The notes beneath the pieces were generated by a model. It had not been told where the DNA came from and searched no databases. It saw only the letters and a program-made list of their open reading frames with translations. This document shows positions 39,001-51,552 of a stretch of DNA of 64,000 nt, piece by piece; the first letter of the stretch is position 1; each line of letters opens with the position of its first letter. This DNA comes from Tubiluchus corallicola (lineage: Eukaryota > Animalia > Priapulida), in NCBI GenBank assembly GCA_030141605.1, contig JAQGDQ010000457.1:1-64000 (forward strand), read 5' to 3'. The position numbers were made by a program, and so were the translations under genes.

Positions 39001-42000
39001 ATCTAAAGTTGCCTCTGAGCCAACCTCACTAACACAAGATAATAAAGATGAAACCACTAATGCTATAGAGGATGTCAAGAATATACGGAGTAGAAGAGGA
39101 AGAATATCTAGAGCTGCATCTGAACAAATGAAAAATGTTAAAGGAGAAATTGTACCTGAGATTAAAGAATTTAGCGATGAGCTCCCTGAAGTAAAAGCTG
39201 CGCAGAAAAGTAAGAGGGGACGACCATCCAGAGCCGCTTCGCAGCTAACTAAAGAGGCAAACATCGTTGAAGAAGTTGTACCTGAAGCAAAAGAGACTGT
39301 GTCTGAAGTTAAAGATTCTAGTGAAGTGATTCCCGATGTTAAAAGTCTGCAGAAAAGTAAGAGAGGAAGACCTTCTAAAGTTGTCTCTGATGAGCTAAGT
39401 AAAGTAACGCAAAATCTGGAAGTGGAAAGCAACCTTGACAAAGATGATTCTAGTGAACTTTCACAGGATAGTAGGAAAGGAAGATCCTCGAAAAGGAAAT
39501 CTGCACAGAGCGAACTAACACAGAACTCTGAAGAAATGTTTAGCAAGAAGCTTTCTGTTGCTAAGATTTCAAAGGAAGGCAAGAAAGACAGCTTGTCCAA
39601 AAGTGCTCCTGTTGTTGACAAAGCAGTTCAGGAGAAAACCGCAGTGGATGATGCGTTGCAGGGAAATAGGCGCAAATCGAAACTGGAAGAATCTGTGATT
39701 TCTGCTCGTCCTACTAGAAGAAATACTCGACATGGAAAGCTATTACCTGTTGCAGAAGAAGCTGCGGCAGTCAGTGATGTCATAGAAACGAGTCGAGGGA
39801 AGAAAGTGCATTCTAGCAGTAATAAAGAAACTGAACAAGCAACTACTGCACAAAGGAAGGAAGACCACCACATAGCAAAAACTAAACATGAACTTGTTCT
39901 ACAGGGAAAAACAGAAGCCCATGTCAAGAATGATCAGTTAGCTTATCGGGTAGATGAATCAGAATACAGTCCACCAAAGAGAAGGAAAGGAAATGCCACT
40001 CTGATTAGTGCGCGGGAAACTAATTTAGATAGCCCGTCTCCGAAAAGGATTCGGATGAAGAAAGCAGTAGCAGAAACTGTATCTTTAGGTGAAGAGATTG
40101 CTCAAAAAACTGTAACCAATCCTAGAAGAAAAACACGCAGAAGCAAAATGACAGACTCTGAAATATCCATTCATGAAGATGAACAAGAGCTTTCAAGTCT
40201 TCCCATTGTAAGACATTCCCCGATAAAAGAAGTACATGATGTACTTCCTCCTGATACTGGTGATACTACATTAGTGGCCAGACCTCTTCGAAAGAAAAGA
40301 AATAGAAAATCAGCAGAACAAGAAGAGCAAGCAGTTGTAGTAACTCCTCCCACAACGAGACGAACAAAACATGTAGTAAAAACAGAAGAGATTTCTGGCC
40401 TACAGAAACCATCGGCCAGTTCCTCGAGAAAAGGGGCACAGCATCTCGCAGCATCAGAGGAAGATGATAAACGTGAACCAACAGTTGTACCTCTGAAGAG
40501 AGGAAGAAAAAAGATATCACCAGTGAATTCTGAAACAGTAGTAATTGGACATGATACAACAGGTTTAGCAACAATTCCTCCAAGACGAGGAAGATTGAGA
40601 TCGCCATCAACCATAGCAAAATCTATAGTGACACCTTCTAAAGTTATACTCAAGTCAATAGCCAGTCCTCCCAGGCAAGGAAGAAACGCACTGCCAGCCG
40701 TCACAGTTAAACTTGAAGTTCCGCCATTGGACGATGAACCTAAGCCAACTTCTACGAAGAGGGGAAAGAGGAAGTCAGAAGCAGTAGGCGAAGTTTCAGT
40801 ATCAAGTGATGAAAATAAAACTGAAGAAGGCGTCAGTCCGTCAAAGAGGGGCAGGTTAACGAGAGCAGCAGTTTCAGTTGTACCTGAACATCTATCAATA
40901 GCAGAAACCAGTCATACACGAACAGGCAGGAAAAATCAATCAGCAGTGGAAACTAAAGCAGCAACAGTGACTTTGCCTGATGAGGATGATCTGAAACAAG
41001 TAGCAAGTTCTCGTGGGAGGAGGCGAAAGACTGTGACATCGAAATCAGTGACTGAAGACACGTCTAAACTAGCTTCCAGTCCATCTAGAAGAAAAACTCG
41101 GGGAACAGCAGCAAAAACTGAGGAAAGTGTAAGTTCAACAAAACGAGGTAAAAGTAAATCAGCGACATCTGAATTAACTCGGACTGTTGTGTCTCCTAAA
41201 GTTCTTGCATCTAAATTAGAAGACGGTTCTTTGCCAAAACGGCGACGGCGAGGACAGAAGGTGGTTCAGGAAGTTGCAGTGCATGAAGTGAAGGATGAAA
41301 CAATGCCTATTAAGAATCTCAAGTCGAACCGAGTAGATGTCGAGGTCGACGAAGATGATAGTGTACCATCCAAAGCAGAACGTACCAGAGGAAGAAAACC
41401 AAAAGTACAACAGTCAGAGACGCCAGTACGAAAGAATCGGCTGAAGCAACAGGCGACATCGCCAAGAACAGAATCACCATCATTGAGACGTTCACTTGCA
41501 GAACTCAAGCCAAAAGTTATGTTTACTGGCATTATTGACCCAGCATTAGAGAAGGTGGGTTCCTGGCTTATTTACTAATCACAGTTTTTGTTTTTGTAAA
41601 ATTGTGCAGTAGAGGGAGAAGTAGAAGTAAAAAGCAATTCTATCCATCTTTATTCCATCTTGTTAAATATTTCTCAAAAAGAAGGAATCATTTTTGTGCA
41701 TTAACTCGTTTTAAAATTGCTTCAGCTAATTTTTGCTTTCTGTTTGGAAAAGCCATTATGTCTGATATTACAGGTTAAACAAATCAAGTCCCTATCAGCA
41801 TTTAAAACAAAATTAAAATTACTAATATTAACCAGATATGAAATATCATCACACCAGTACGACAACATACACACTAATTCAGAATTTATATATCCACGGC
41901 CATATTAATTAAATCATATTTTTTTCATTTTTTTGTGCATAGTTGCAAATATGTTTGATTTTATTCGTCGTTACTTTCCATTACTGCACAGTAGTTTAGA

Positions 42001-44847
42001 TTGCACTGACGCATTTGCCTTCAGCAGTGTAAGTTTTTATCAACTAACACTGATTGATCATCTCTGAAAAGTTTTTATCAGTGATTATCAATGTATTTTA
42101 ATGGCAAATAAAGATTATTATGTATATATATATATTTATATATATTCAATGGTTCAGGTCTGCAAAGACGTAGATTTGAACCATTCTATCTCACTTGGTG
42201 CAAATTCAGGAACTTCGAGACAGTTTCAAATTCTGATATGGTTATTCATAGTTAACTGTACTTTGCTTATAAGTTACAACGCATTTAACTATTGTTTATT
42301 TTTAATAGAAAGAAATTTTAGCTTTTAATTTCTTTTTCGTCTGTTTTGTTAGATTGTGGTGCAACTTGGTGGTGAGCTGGCCACTTCTGTGTATACCTGC
42401 ACGCACCTCGTCACCGACGTGAAGGTAAAAAGAACGTGCAAGTTTCTCTCCATCGCCGCTAGAGGTCAGCCCATTGTTACTCCTCAGTGGCTTCAAGGAT
42501 GTAAGGAGGCGAAAATGTTCTGTGGTACGTTTAGCAATTCAAGCTTGAACTTATACCCAATTAGCTTGAAACGTACATCAAAATTACTAATATTCAGTTG
42601 GCATTATTCAGTGTTGTAGAACATCCTACATAGTCCTCATTTACAATGCGAAGCCAGCAGCAGCTTTTACTGAATTAAAGTTATAAGCAGAGTATAATGG
42701 ATGACGTAAGAACAATGGCTTTGCATCAGCAGTTTTCCAAACAAAAAGTGCCAAAATGGAACATCTAATTAACTCCTCTTGGTGGACGTGTCCTAAAATA
42801 TAGCCTACATCATCTTGTAGCCCTGTTCTTCCTCTTTCTAAAGAGGCATATATCTCCTTGCGAGAGTCCCACCAGGCGCCGCTAGAACATTTTTTCTGCA
42901 GGCTGTTTAACCAAAATTTCGAAGGTCGGGGAAAACGTCCATTACGGGACGCCGTGGCCCTCTTGCGAATTCTAAATACGCCTACTACACCCAGTATTGA
43001 ACGGCTATCTATCCATAGCCAGCATAAAAATTTACCTAGTAAGTACGAGATAAAATCCTCTTTTTGCTGAACTTATTGGACACCATTCTTGTTCTGTTAA
43101 AATTTTCTTTGGTAAAGTTTTTGTTTTCTTAAGCATCAGGATAAAATGTGCGATTGGTGAAATATTATCAGCTAGTTTGATTACTTTAATGCATTAATTT
43201 TTTTACAGTACAGCAGTTTGTAATGAATTAATTTTACAAAGAATTTGATTTCTAATTCAGTGTAACAGTTTTAATTGAGCTTGCTAGAACGGAAGTGGTG
43301 CTGACAAGCCACTGGCGTAGCAGTGTCTAGTTTTTTTTGGTGGATTACTGCTACGTTTACCTGTCTGAAAGCAGATTTCTTTTATTTTAGAATTCTGCCT
43401 GCCCGATGTCTACAATAGACATGACGGGCGTATGATGATGACCAGAAGCTTTTTGTTGTGTAATCTGCTCCATATTCAGAGTTGACATTAGTCAGGTTAT
43501 TGACAATGGTCAATCCTTTATTTATGGTATGTCATAATTCTCTGTAGTACCTGTGTAATTTTAATTTACTAAATTCAGGTTTGTTGACATTTTTCCAGAC
43601 CCGCAGCAGTATCTTACACGTGACGCTGAGGCCGAGAAAAAATGGAAATTTAATCTCAAGCGGACGTTGTCCACTACAGCGAAGAAGGGTGGCATTTTCT
43701 CGGGGCACAAAATTCACGTCACTAAAAATGTGAAACCGCCCCCGGCAGACATGGAGGAGATAATTTTGTGTGCCGGAGGCGTGAATTTGAAAGGTACGTC
43801 TCATTCTGTTCACTTGAAGCTTGTATTTTGGAGTCCATTCCTACATGTACCATTGAATTTCTTCTAACTAAGGGGACTAATTAAATATTTTAAGCAAATT
43901 TTTGTGCTTAAAAGCATTTTTCATTTTTGTTTCTTCATGATAAGTATTCTGCAGTTTTTATTTGTGATCATGTGATGGAATTACAGTCAAGCCTCGTTAT
44001 CTCGCCCCTTGTTATGCCGCCAAACTCGTCTCTCGCCATAGAAAATACCAGGACGGATTTCCTGCTTTGATATTTACCTCGTTAAGTCGCCACCCTCGCT
44101 TCTCGCCCTCGCCACGTCATGCTGGGATGAGTGCTTATGTAAACTATATTCGTTATGTCGCCAAACAGACAAACTCAGAGGTGAATCGATCAATACTGTA
44201 CATATACCGCGTGTCGATCAATATAACCGCGGTATGTGGACAATGCTGCTGTACTCGATAGACAGACATAATTAATCTAGTGTGTGTCTCACCAGGATTA
44301 GATTAAATAAAAAAGTAACATTCTAAGATTATTTTTATGACATTTTTTCATTTCTGATTTAATGTTGATTGGTATCATAATGCGAAATATATTTTATATG
44401 TACATAGAGGAACACTGTGTTAATCAACTATTATGTATATACATATAGACTAACTTCGTTATATTCCCGTTATCTCGCCATACTCGCCTCTCGCCAAAAA
44501 TTTGCCCTAGGCGGACAGGGGCGAGATAACGAGACTAGACTGTATAATATTGAAATTTTTTCAAGATTTACGTTATCAATTATATACAATTGCTAATATT
44601 GTTGTGTATTGATAATGTGCAGTATTGATGTGCTAGCTTAACTGCATTTTTTACAGCTAACATTTTGCTTTCATTTTTTTAAGGCATGCCATCCATTAAT
44701 GATGGAAACACGGTCGTAGTTTCATGTGAGGAAGATAGAGGACTCTGCAAGTCTGCTATCAACAATAATATTCCCATTGTCAGCAATGAGTTTGTGTTAT
44801 CTGGTGTATTACAGTATCGTGCAGACAGCAAAAAATATCCTTTTTAG
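27486..44847 (+). CDS. MDC1: Mediator of DNA damage checkpoint protein 1 (FHA - TQ-rich acidic region - basic repeats - tandem BRCT)
   Basis: Exons 27486-27575, 29109-29172, 30158-30306, 31319-31414, 31834-32004, 33202-33379, 34787-34914, 35796-37541, 37906-38079, 38281-38418, 38549-41554, 42353-42524, 43599-43793, 44684-44834 (stop at 44847 if unspliced); phases are consistent. N-terminal DATQ motif, FHA (GKNIIGR...SLSKQHA), TQxF/TQxY motifs, BRCT (PKVMFTG...CTHLVT...RTCKFL...W). Confidence 0.9.
27778..28236. mobile_element. Tc1/pogo (Tigger-like) MITE
   Basis: TA TSD; TIR CAGTGTTCCTTCACTTATCGCGG / CCGCGAAGTGGCGAGGGAACACTG. Confidence 0.85.
29220..29601. mobile_element. hAT MITE (TAGGG termini)
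   Basis: Perfect 8-bp TSD ATAGTCAT; TIR TAGGGGTGAGCAT; subterminal TTCGAA repeats. Confidence 0.9.
30732..31225 (-). mobile_element. 5S-RTE SINE copy in MDC1 intron 3
   Basis: Family match; TSD TAAATATAAGTT / TAAATAAAAGTT. Confidence 0.9.
32517..32982 (+). mobile_element. hAT (Charlie-like) MITE
   Basis: Perfect TSD AACTATAG; TIR CAGGGGTGTGCAAATT; inverted sibling at 57211-57690. Confidence 0.92.
35044..35360. mobile_element. hAT-type MITE
   Basis: TIR CAGTGGTTCCCA / TGGAAACCACTG; TSD imperfect. Confidence 0.65.
42619..43023 (-). repeat. Inverted partial copy of R1 (45261-45614)
   Basis: GAACATCCTACATAGTCCTCATTTACAA... is the reverse complement of ...TTGTAAATGAGGACTATGTAGGATGTTC. Confidence 0.85.
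43984..44542. mobile_element. Tc1/pogo-type MITE
   Basis: TA TSD; TIR CAGTCAAGCCTCGTTATCTCGCCCC / GGGGCGAGATAACGAGACTAGACTG. Confidence 0.85.
44835..44843 (+). promoter_or_regulatory. Candidate U12-type (AT-AC) 5' splice site near the MDC1 3' end
   Basis: Exact ATATCCTTT where the BRCT coding sequence ends. Confidence 0.6.
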
Positions 44848-45045
44848 ACCCTTATTATCATAAATAATTTAATGTATAAATTCGACAATAAAAATTCATT
44901 GAACATTCAGGAGAACAAAAATATTTGAGTCGACCATTAGTAAGAATGAGCGATTTGAGGGATTGCTGTTCTTAATATTGTATGTATTAATATCCATGGT
45001 ATGTTATATATATATAAGTATATATGGTATGGTATATATATATAT

Positions 45046-45614
45046 ATGATTCTAGGCTACAGCTTCAACGACGGCACCATTTGCGGCCATCTATACATCA
45101 AACGAAAGGTCTCGATCCAGTGTTGTGCCATTGGGGGTTTATTTTTCGAATCGGGCCCACCGCGAGGAATCGGGGGGGGGGGGGTAACCTCCAAAAATAG
45201 CCATTTTTCGGCCGTTTTTTGCAAAACTTATACCTCATATTTCTGAAGAACAGGAACGGGGCTGGCTATAGATAGATAGCCGTTCACTTTTGGGTGTAGT
45301 AGGTGTATTTAGAATTCGCAAGAGGGCCATGGTGTCCCGTAATGGACGTTTTCCAGGACCCAACTCCCGATTTTTTCGGAATTTTGGTCAAACAGCCTGC
45401 AGAAAAAATGTTCTAGCGGCGCCTGGTGGGACATGTCCACCAAGAGGAGTGACGACGAGTTAATTAGATGTTGTATTTTTGGCAATTTTTGCTTGGAAAA
45501 CTGCTGACGCAAAGCCATTGTTCTGACGTCATCTATTATACTCTGCTTATAACTTTAATTGAGTAAAAGCTGCTGCTGGCTTCGCGTTGTAAATGAGGAC
45601 TATGTAGGATGTTC
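45046..45614 (+). repeat. Longest copy of repeat family R1
   Basis: Follows (TA)n; homologous to 15530-15780 and to inverted 42619-43023. Confidence 0.75.
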
Positions 45615-46198
45615 GCGTATTATTGATTATAAGTGGATTTATACGCAAAATTTTTTGTGGGACCTTTGCTAGTTATAATAATTATACTAACAGTTACTTA
45701 CAGCGAGCTTCATAATATTGGTGTAAATTTTTATTTTGTAAGACTGTGCATTAGACGTGATAAATGCCTGCTACAAGTGTCTTACGTTATTGCTGAGTGA
45801 GATTGTTAATTTCATATTTTGAGTTCCATGTTCTTTTTAATTTGGTTGTTGGTCCTACTGAGCAACCATTGTTAACTTGCTAAGTTTTTGAAAACGCTCG
45901 TTGGATGGTTCTTTTGGGCGTAAAAATTTGCATTTCAACGTGAATGTTGATGTCGCGCCACAGCAGTTGACGAAACGTCTTTTTGTTTCTGGCTGCTTAT
46001 TTAACTTTGATGTTAAGATGTTGTTATTTTATTTATTTATTTTTTAACGCAATTTGCCCACTGCAGGCTGACATCCAGCTTTTAAGAGCTGGGTCTAGTC
46101 AATATCGATATCTTTTGGGGAGGCTAGAGATTGTCTTGTTATTGGGTAATCTGCTAGAGAAGCCATTGAATGTGTAGTGGTATCTTAAGCATGCTCAA

Positions 46199-46247
<49 letters not shown>

Positions 46248-46342
46248 CGTGTGTGTGTGCGGGAGTGTGTGCGTGCGTGTGTGTGTGCGGGAGTGTGTGT
46301 GTATGTACTTCCACAATGAATTGAAAAGCCTGAATTAATGTA

Positions 46343-46846
46343 CAGTCAACCTCAGATATAAGGGACACCTCCGGACCAGAAAAAATCGTCCCTTATATCC
46401 GATGACCCTTATAACCGAAGTTGAGTCAAACCGAGGGTACTTTTGTGTACCTTTGCCCATATTTTTATGGATTATTGCCATTATTTTTATGGATTTTATG
46501 GATTATGGACACATACCTACAAGCTTCAGGTACGTAGAAAGCTTCCTTCAGTGATGCGAGATGTATGTGACCTCGGAAATAGAGCTGTTCAAAGGCCGAG
46601 TTTGTGAAAAATTGAGGTTAAAAATCAATCGATTTCGCCTTGATTATAGGGTCCCTTATATGCGAGTTAATTTACCTGAGTTTCTATTACGCGGGACCTG
46701 AAGATATCATCTCTTATAACGGAAAGTCCCTTACATCCTAGTACCTTATATACGAAGATTTTTACGTAGGAAAAACATTACGAAAAATCAGGACCGGTGT
46801 TGGTGGTCCCTTATAAGCCGAGTACATTATACCCCAAGGTTGTCTA
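46343..46846. mobile_element. Tc1/pogo-type MITE
   Basis: TA-CAGTCAACCT ... AGGTTGTCTA-TA; internal TCCCTTATA repeats. Confidence 0.7.
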
Positions 46847-47244
46847 TATTGAATAAAACCACCCAGAACGAGTATTGAACCCTGTACTGAACACCACAAG
46901 GCATAATTTAGTCATGAAAGCATACCACTTGGCTATTCAGTTTGAGTCAAGCAGTCAATGAAATGCGATGGAGTAGTTCACACCCTGACACTTTTCCTGA
47001 TTTCTGGAGAGTAATGGGAAAAATTCCCCGGAAAATATATTTCTTTGTACATACTAAGACGCTTTAATGCATTGATTTTAAAATTAGAATATCACATACT
47101 TTGTTACGTTGTTACAGTGTTTACACCACAAGTTAATCAGTGATATTTGTATACTTACGAATTGCCTTCGTATTAGGGAATATGTTGCTGATTACTTTCC
47201 TTAACATTGCCTTTACATTTGCATTGTAATTTATAACTAGATGC

Positions 47245-47361
47245 GAGCATACTGGACACTAACTTGAGCACATTGGACACTAGCTCGAGTACACTGGACA
47301 CTAACTTGAGCACACTGGACACTAGCTCGAGCACACTGGACAGTAGCTTGAGCACACTGGA
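47245..47361. repeat. ~21-bp minisatellite (GAGCACACTGGACACTAACTT), about 5 copies
   Basis: Direct reading. Confidence 0.85.
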
Positions 47362-48641
47362 AGTTAACTCTAGTACACCATTTTAAAGACTCACCGAAGA
47401 TGCCGGAAATTGTGCGTACATTTGTAAAATATGGAAATACGGTAACTTATTTCGGTCACACTGGAGAACTTTTACCACCACTGAAACGGATTACAAGTAT
47501 TTTATTTTTAATGCGATTGTGAACTGGTGTGTGGATTTTTATATTTGTTGTAGATATTTGTAGTTTCATGCAGGCAGCATTTTTAAGAGTAATTTGGATC
47601 AATTAACTTGTTTTTTCTGCGATTGGTTATGATCAATGTTGTATAGTTGTACTAGCTAATTTTCTGCTAGTAATTAGCAAAATGACATTAAGAGCTGGAC
47701 AGATTAGGTGCCTTTGAAAGCTTTTTGTGCCTTGGTGATTAGTTGAAGTTTTCATTTGCAACCACTGTGGTTGATTTTGTTGCGTGTTAAACATGAATTT
47801 TTAAAGTCATCGTATACTGTACATCTAGTTTTTTTTAAATGTGTGTATTTTATGGACTGCCTGACTGACTGAGTGACAATCTTTTTTCTGCATTTCGCAA
47901 TTCAGAAATTAACGTAAATGATAATATGAAGTGATCATACATTCCAGTAAATGATGCCACCATCTTGTCTATTTAATTTATAACCAGCTTCATCATGTGA
48001 ATTATAAACCACGACATGCATTATATACCGACTTGCCAGTTCAACTTTAATGCTGAATGAATGCAACGTTGACAGACTTAAGGAAAAAATATGATACTTA
48101 AAGGATAAATACTTAATGGATAATTTATCGTTTGCACCTGTCGAATACTGAAACAAATTGTGAATAATAATAATTGCCAAACACTGAATTGATTAATGAA
48201 AAGTACCAAAATTGATGAAAAATGTTAGTGTCTTATACATTAAATGCGCAGTTATGTAAATGTAGAGATTTATAATTTATGAATTTCTTGATTTTCTAAG
48301 TGTTGTTTGATGATGGCTAGTTATCAATGAAATGTGACTAATCTGCTGTTAATTGCTCTTAATCCATAATTCTTTCATGCCATAGTATTCTCCTAAACAA
48401 AGTGCCTATTTTTACAGACTGGAATACAGGTGTAGTACTTGTTTACATAGTTTTTGTTGTTGTGGACAGCTTGTTTTGTGATTCAACCAGTACAGTATTC
48501 ATATGCTAGGATGTTGTAGCTTATTTGTGCTTGTTTTTTTACTGTACTTGTTGCTAAGCCACACTAGCTTGTAGACAGTAACATAAAGTGGTACTGAACC
48601 AGACTCACACACAGTAAATATAATGAAAAGCAGTTCCTCCT

Positions 48642-49258
48642 GTCCCTTACCATAGATTTAAATGACACACATGTGCAGAGAACGAAGTCCCTGACCATAG
48701 ATTTAAACGTCACACGTGCAGAGAAGGAAGTCCCTGACCATAGATTTAAATGTTACACATGTGCAGAGAACGAAGTCCCTGACCATAGATTTAAATGTTA
48801 CACATGTGCAGAGAACGAAGTCCCTGACCATAGATTTAAATGACACACGTGCAGAAAAGGAAGTCACTGACCATAGATTTAAATGTTACACATGTGCAGA
48901 GAACAAAGTCCCTGACCATAGATTTAAACGTCACACGTGCAGAGAACGAAGTCCCCGACCATAGATTAAAATTTCACGCATGTGCAGAGAACGAAGTTCA
49001 TGACCATAGATTAAAATGTCACACATGTGCAGAGAACGAAGTCCCTGACCATAGATTTAAATGTCACACATGTGCAGAGAACGAAGTTCCTGACCCATAG
49101 ATTTAAATGTCACACATGTGTAGAGAATGAAGTCCCTGACCATAGATTTAAACGTCACACGTGCAGAGAACGAAGTCCCCGACCATAGATTTAAATGTCA
49201 CACATGTGCAAAGAAGGAAGTCCCTGACCATAGATTAAAATTTCACGCATGTGCAGAG
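48642..49258. repeat. 42-45-bp minisatellite, about 14 copies
   Basis: GTCCCTGACCATAGATTTAAATGTCACACATGTGCAGAGAACGAA units without spacers. Confidence 0.93.
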
Positions 49259-49940
49259 AGAGATTGCTATCCTGCATGTCTAACAATATTTGAAAAGTGG
49301 GTCATTCGGGGCTGTTCTTTGCCACACAGTTGAGAGCAGTTTTTGAATTGTACAACACGGTACCCATTGTTTGCGCATACAGCATACCATAGAGTTTGTG
49401 TTACAACACAACATGGCACCCATTGTTTACCTCGCAGTTTGCTTGAATCTAGCAATCTGTCTCTGTGTATGACTTGCATTTAAATCCACGTTCCTGACAT
49501 ATTTAATTAAAGCTGAATTTCTACATGTACAAGAGCATCAACTAAACAAAACTACTAAATTGGTCTGTAAGCGTATGCCGTGTTTTAGCCATTTTACAGG
49601 CGCGTGAAATCTTAAAATACCGTGGGGCGGGAAAGCGGAAGTTTTGTATTCCAGTAAGCCTGCTGATTTCATTGTTTAATGATTAGTTCATCGTGTGTTA
49701 GTTCAAACCGTCAGTTAACCGCAAGCATAGTCACCTTGTACCTGTTGTGAAAAGCCTAGTTTTTCCTTACAAAAAGCAACCCTAACCCAAACATTTGCCA
49801 TAAGAATCTTCCACTAGCCGTACATTTTTTTAATTTAACTAGTTTGAACAAACCAAACAAGTTAAGTTTTGGTTTATGGTAGTCATACAAGCAATCCCGT
49901 GGGAGAAGCATGCGACTTGCAGATATTGTTCATCATTGCA

Positions 49941-51172
49941 TTGATTATATGCACTAAAGTAACGGAAGGAAAGTGAATAAAGGTGTCAATTGATTATATG
50001 CACTAAAGTAACGGAAGGAAAGTGAATAAAGGTGTCAATTGATTATTGGCACTAAAGTAACGGAAGGAAAGTGAATAAAGGTGTCAATTGATTATTGTGT
50101 GGGGGTGTGGTGTTTGTTTTGTGTGGGGGTGTGGTGTTTGTTTTGGTGGTGGGGGTGTGGTGTTTGTTTTGTGTGGGGGTGTGGTGTTTGTTTTGGTTAT
50201 ATGCACTAAAGTAACGGAAGGAAAGTGAATAAAGGTGTCAATTGATTATATGCACTAAAGTAACGGAAGGAAAGTGAATAAAGGTGTCAATTGATTATAT
50301 GCACTAAAGTAACGGAAGGAAAGTGAATAAAGGTGTCAATTGATTATATGCACTAAAGTAACGGAAGGAAAGTGAATAGAGGTGTCAATTGATTATATGC
50401 ACTAAAGTAACGGAAGGAAAGTGAATAGAGGTATCAATTGATTATTGGCACTAGAGTAACGGAAGGAAAGTGAATAAAGGTGTCAATTGATTATTGGCAC
50501 TAGAGTAACGGAAGGAAAGTGAATAAAGGTGTCAATTGATTATATGCACTAAAGTAACGGAAGGAAAGTGAATAAAGGTGTCAATTGATTATTGGCAGTA
50601 TAGCAACGGAAGGAAAGTGAATAAAGGTGTCGATTGATTATTGGCACTAGAGTAACGGAAGGAAAGTGAATAACGGTGTCAATTGATTATTGACACTAGA
50701 GTAACGGAAGGAAAGTGAATAAAGGTGTCAATTGATTATTGGCAGTATAGCAACGGAAGGAAAGTGAATAAAGGTGTCGATTGATTATTGGCACTAGAGT
50801 AACGGAAGGAAAGTGAATAAAGGTGTCAATTGATTATTGGCACTAGAGTAACGGAAGGAAAGTGAATAAAGGTGTCAATTGATTATTGGCAGTAGAGTAA
50901 CGGAAGGAAAGTGAATAAAGGTGTCAATTGATTATTGGCACTAGAGTAACGGAAGGAAAGTGAATAAAGGTGTCAATTGATTATTGACACTAGAGTAACG
51001 GAAGGAAAGTGAATAAAGGTGTCGATTGATTATTGACACTAGAGTAACGGAAGGAAAGTGAATAAAGGTGTCGATTGATTATTGGCACTAGAGTAACGGA
51101 AGGAAAGTGAATAAAGGTGTCAATTGATTATTGGCACTAGAGTAAGAGAAAGAAAGTGAATAAAGGTGTGAA
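49941..51172. repeat. 49-bp minisatellite (about 23 copies) interrupted by 4 copies of a 24-bp G-rich unit at 50097-50195
   Basis: TTGATTATATGCACTAAAGTAACGGAAGGAAAGTGAATAAAGGTGTCAA units; insert GTGTGGGGGTGTGGTGTTTGTTTT. Confidence 0.95.
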
Positions 51173-51552
51173 TGAAATATCACTCTGAAAAATCGTGTTA
51201 CGGAGGAACTTTTGTTCTCGCGAATGTTAACATTGTTATATGTATTCAAGCAAAAATTAAGCTTCTATTCTATTACATAAAAGCATAGCTACTAGGCCTA
51301 TTTTCTATTGATGATTAACTGATGAAATTCAGGAATGTGCCAATTACTAAGATTTATTTTCTTTTAATAAATCTGATTGGTCAAACCTAATTTACATTGA
51401 TAATGACCATATTTTTTATATGTACAGGCAATCCAGAATTCATTGTAACTATTGTTAATTGTTTTAAAGTACGCTAAACAATTGTATACTGCTTCATAAA
51501 TATTGATATTACTATACAGAATTATGTACAAATTTGTTTTAGTAGCAGTGAG

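Noticed and set aside
36338-41532. Antisense ORFs up to 248 aa
   Set aside because: Shadow ORFs opposite the large low-complexity MDC1 exons, with no recognisable domains.
48642-49258. CRISPR-like array or zinc-finger-like ORFs (HRFKCHTC)
   Set aside because: The units are contiguous with no unique spacers and no cas genes, and unit lengths shift frame; it is a minisatellite.
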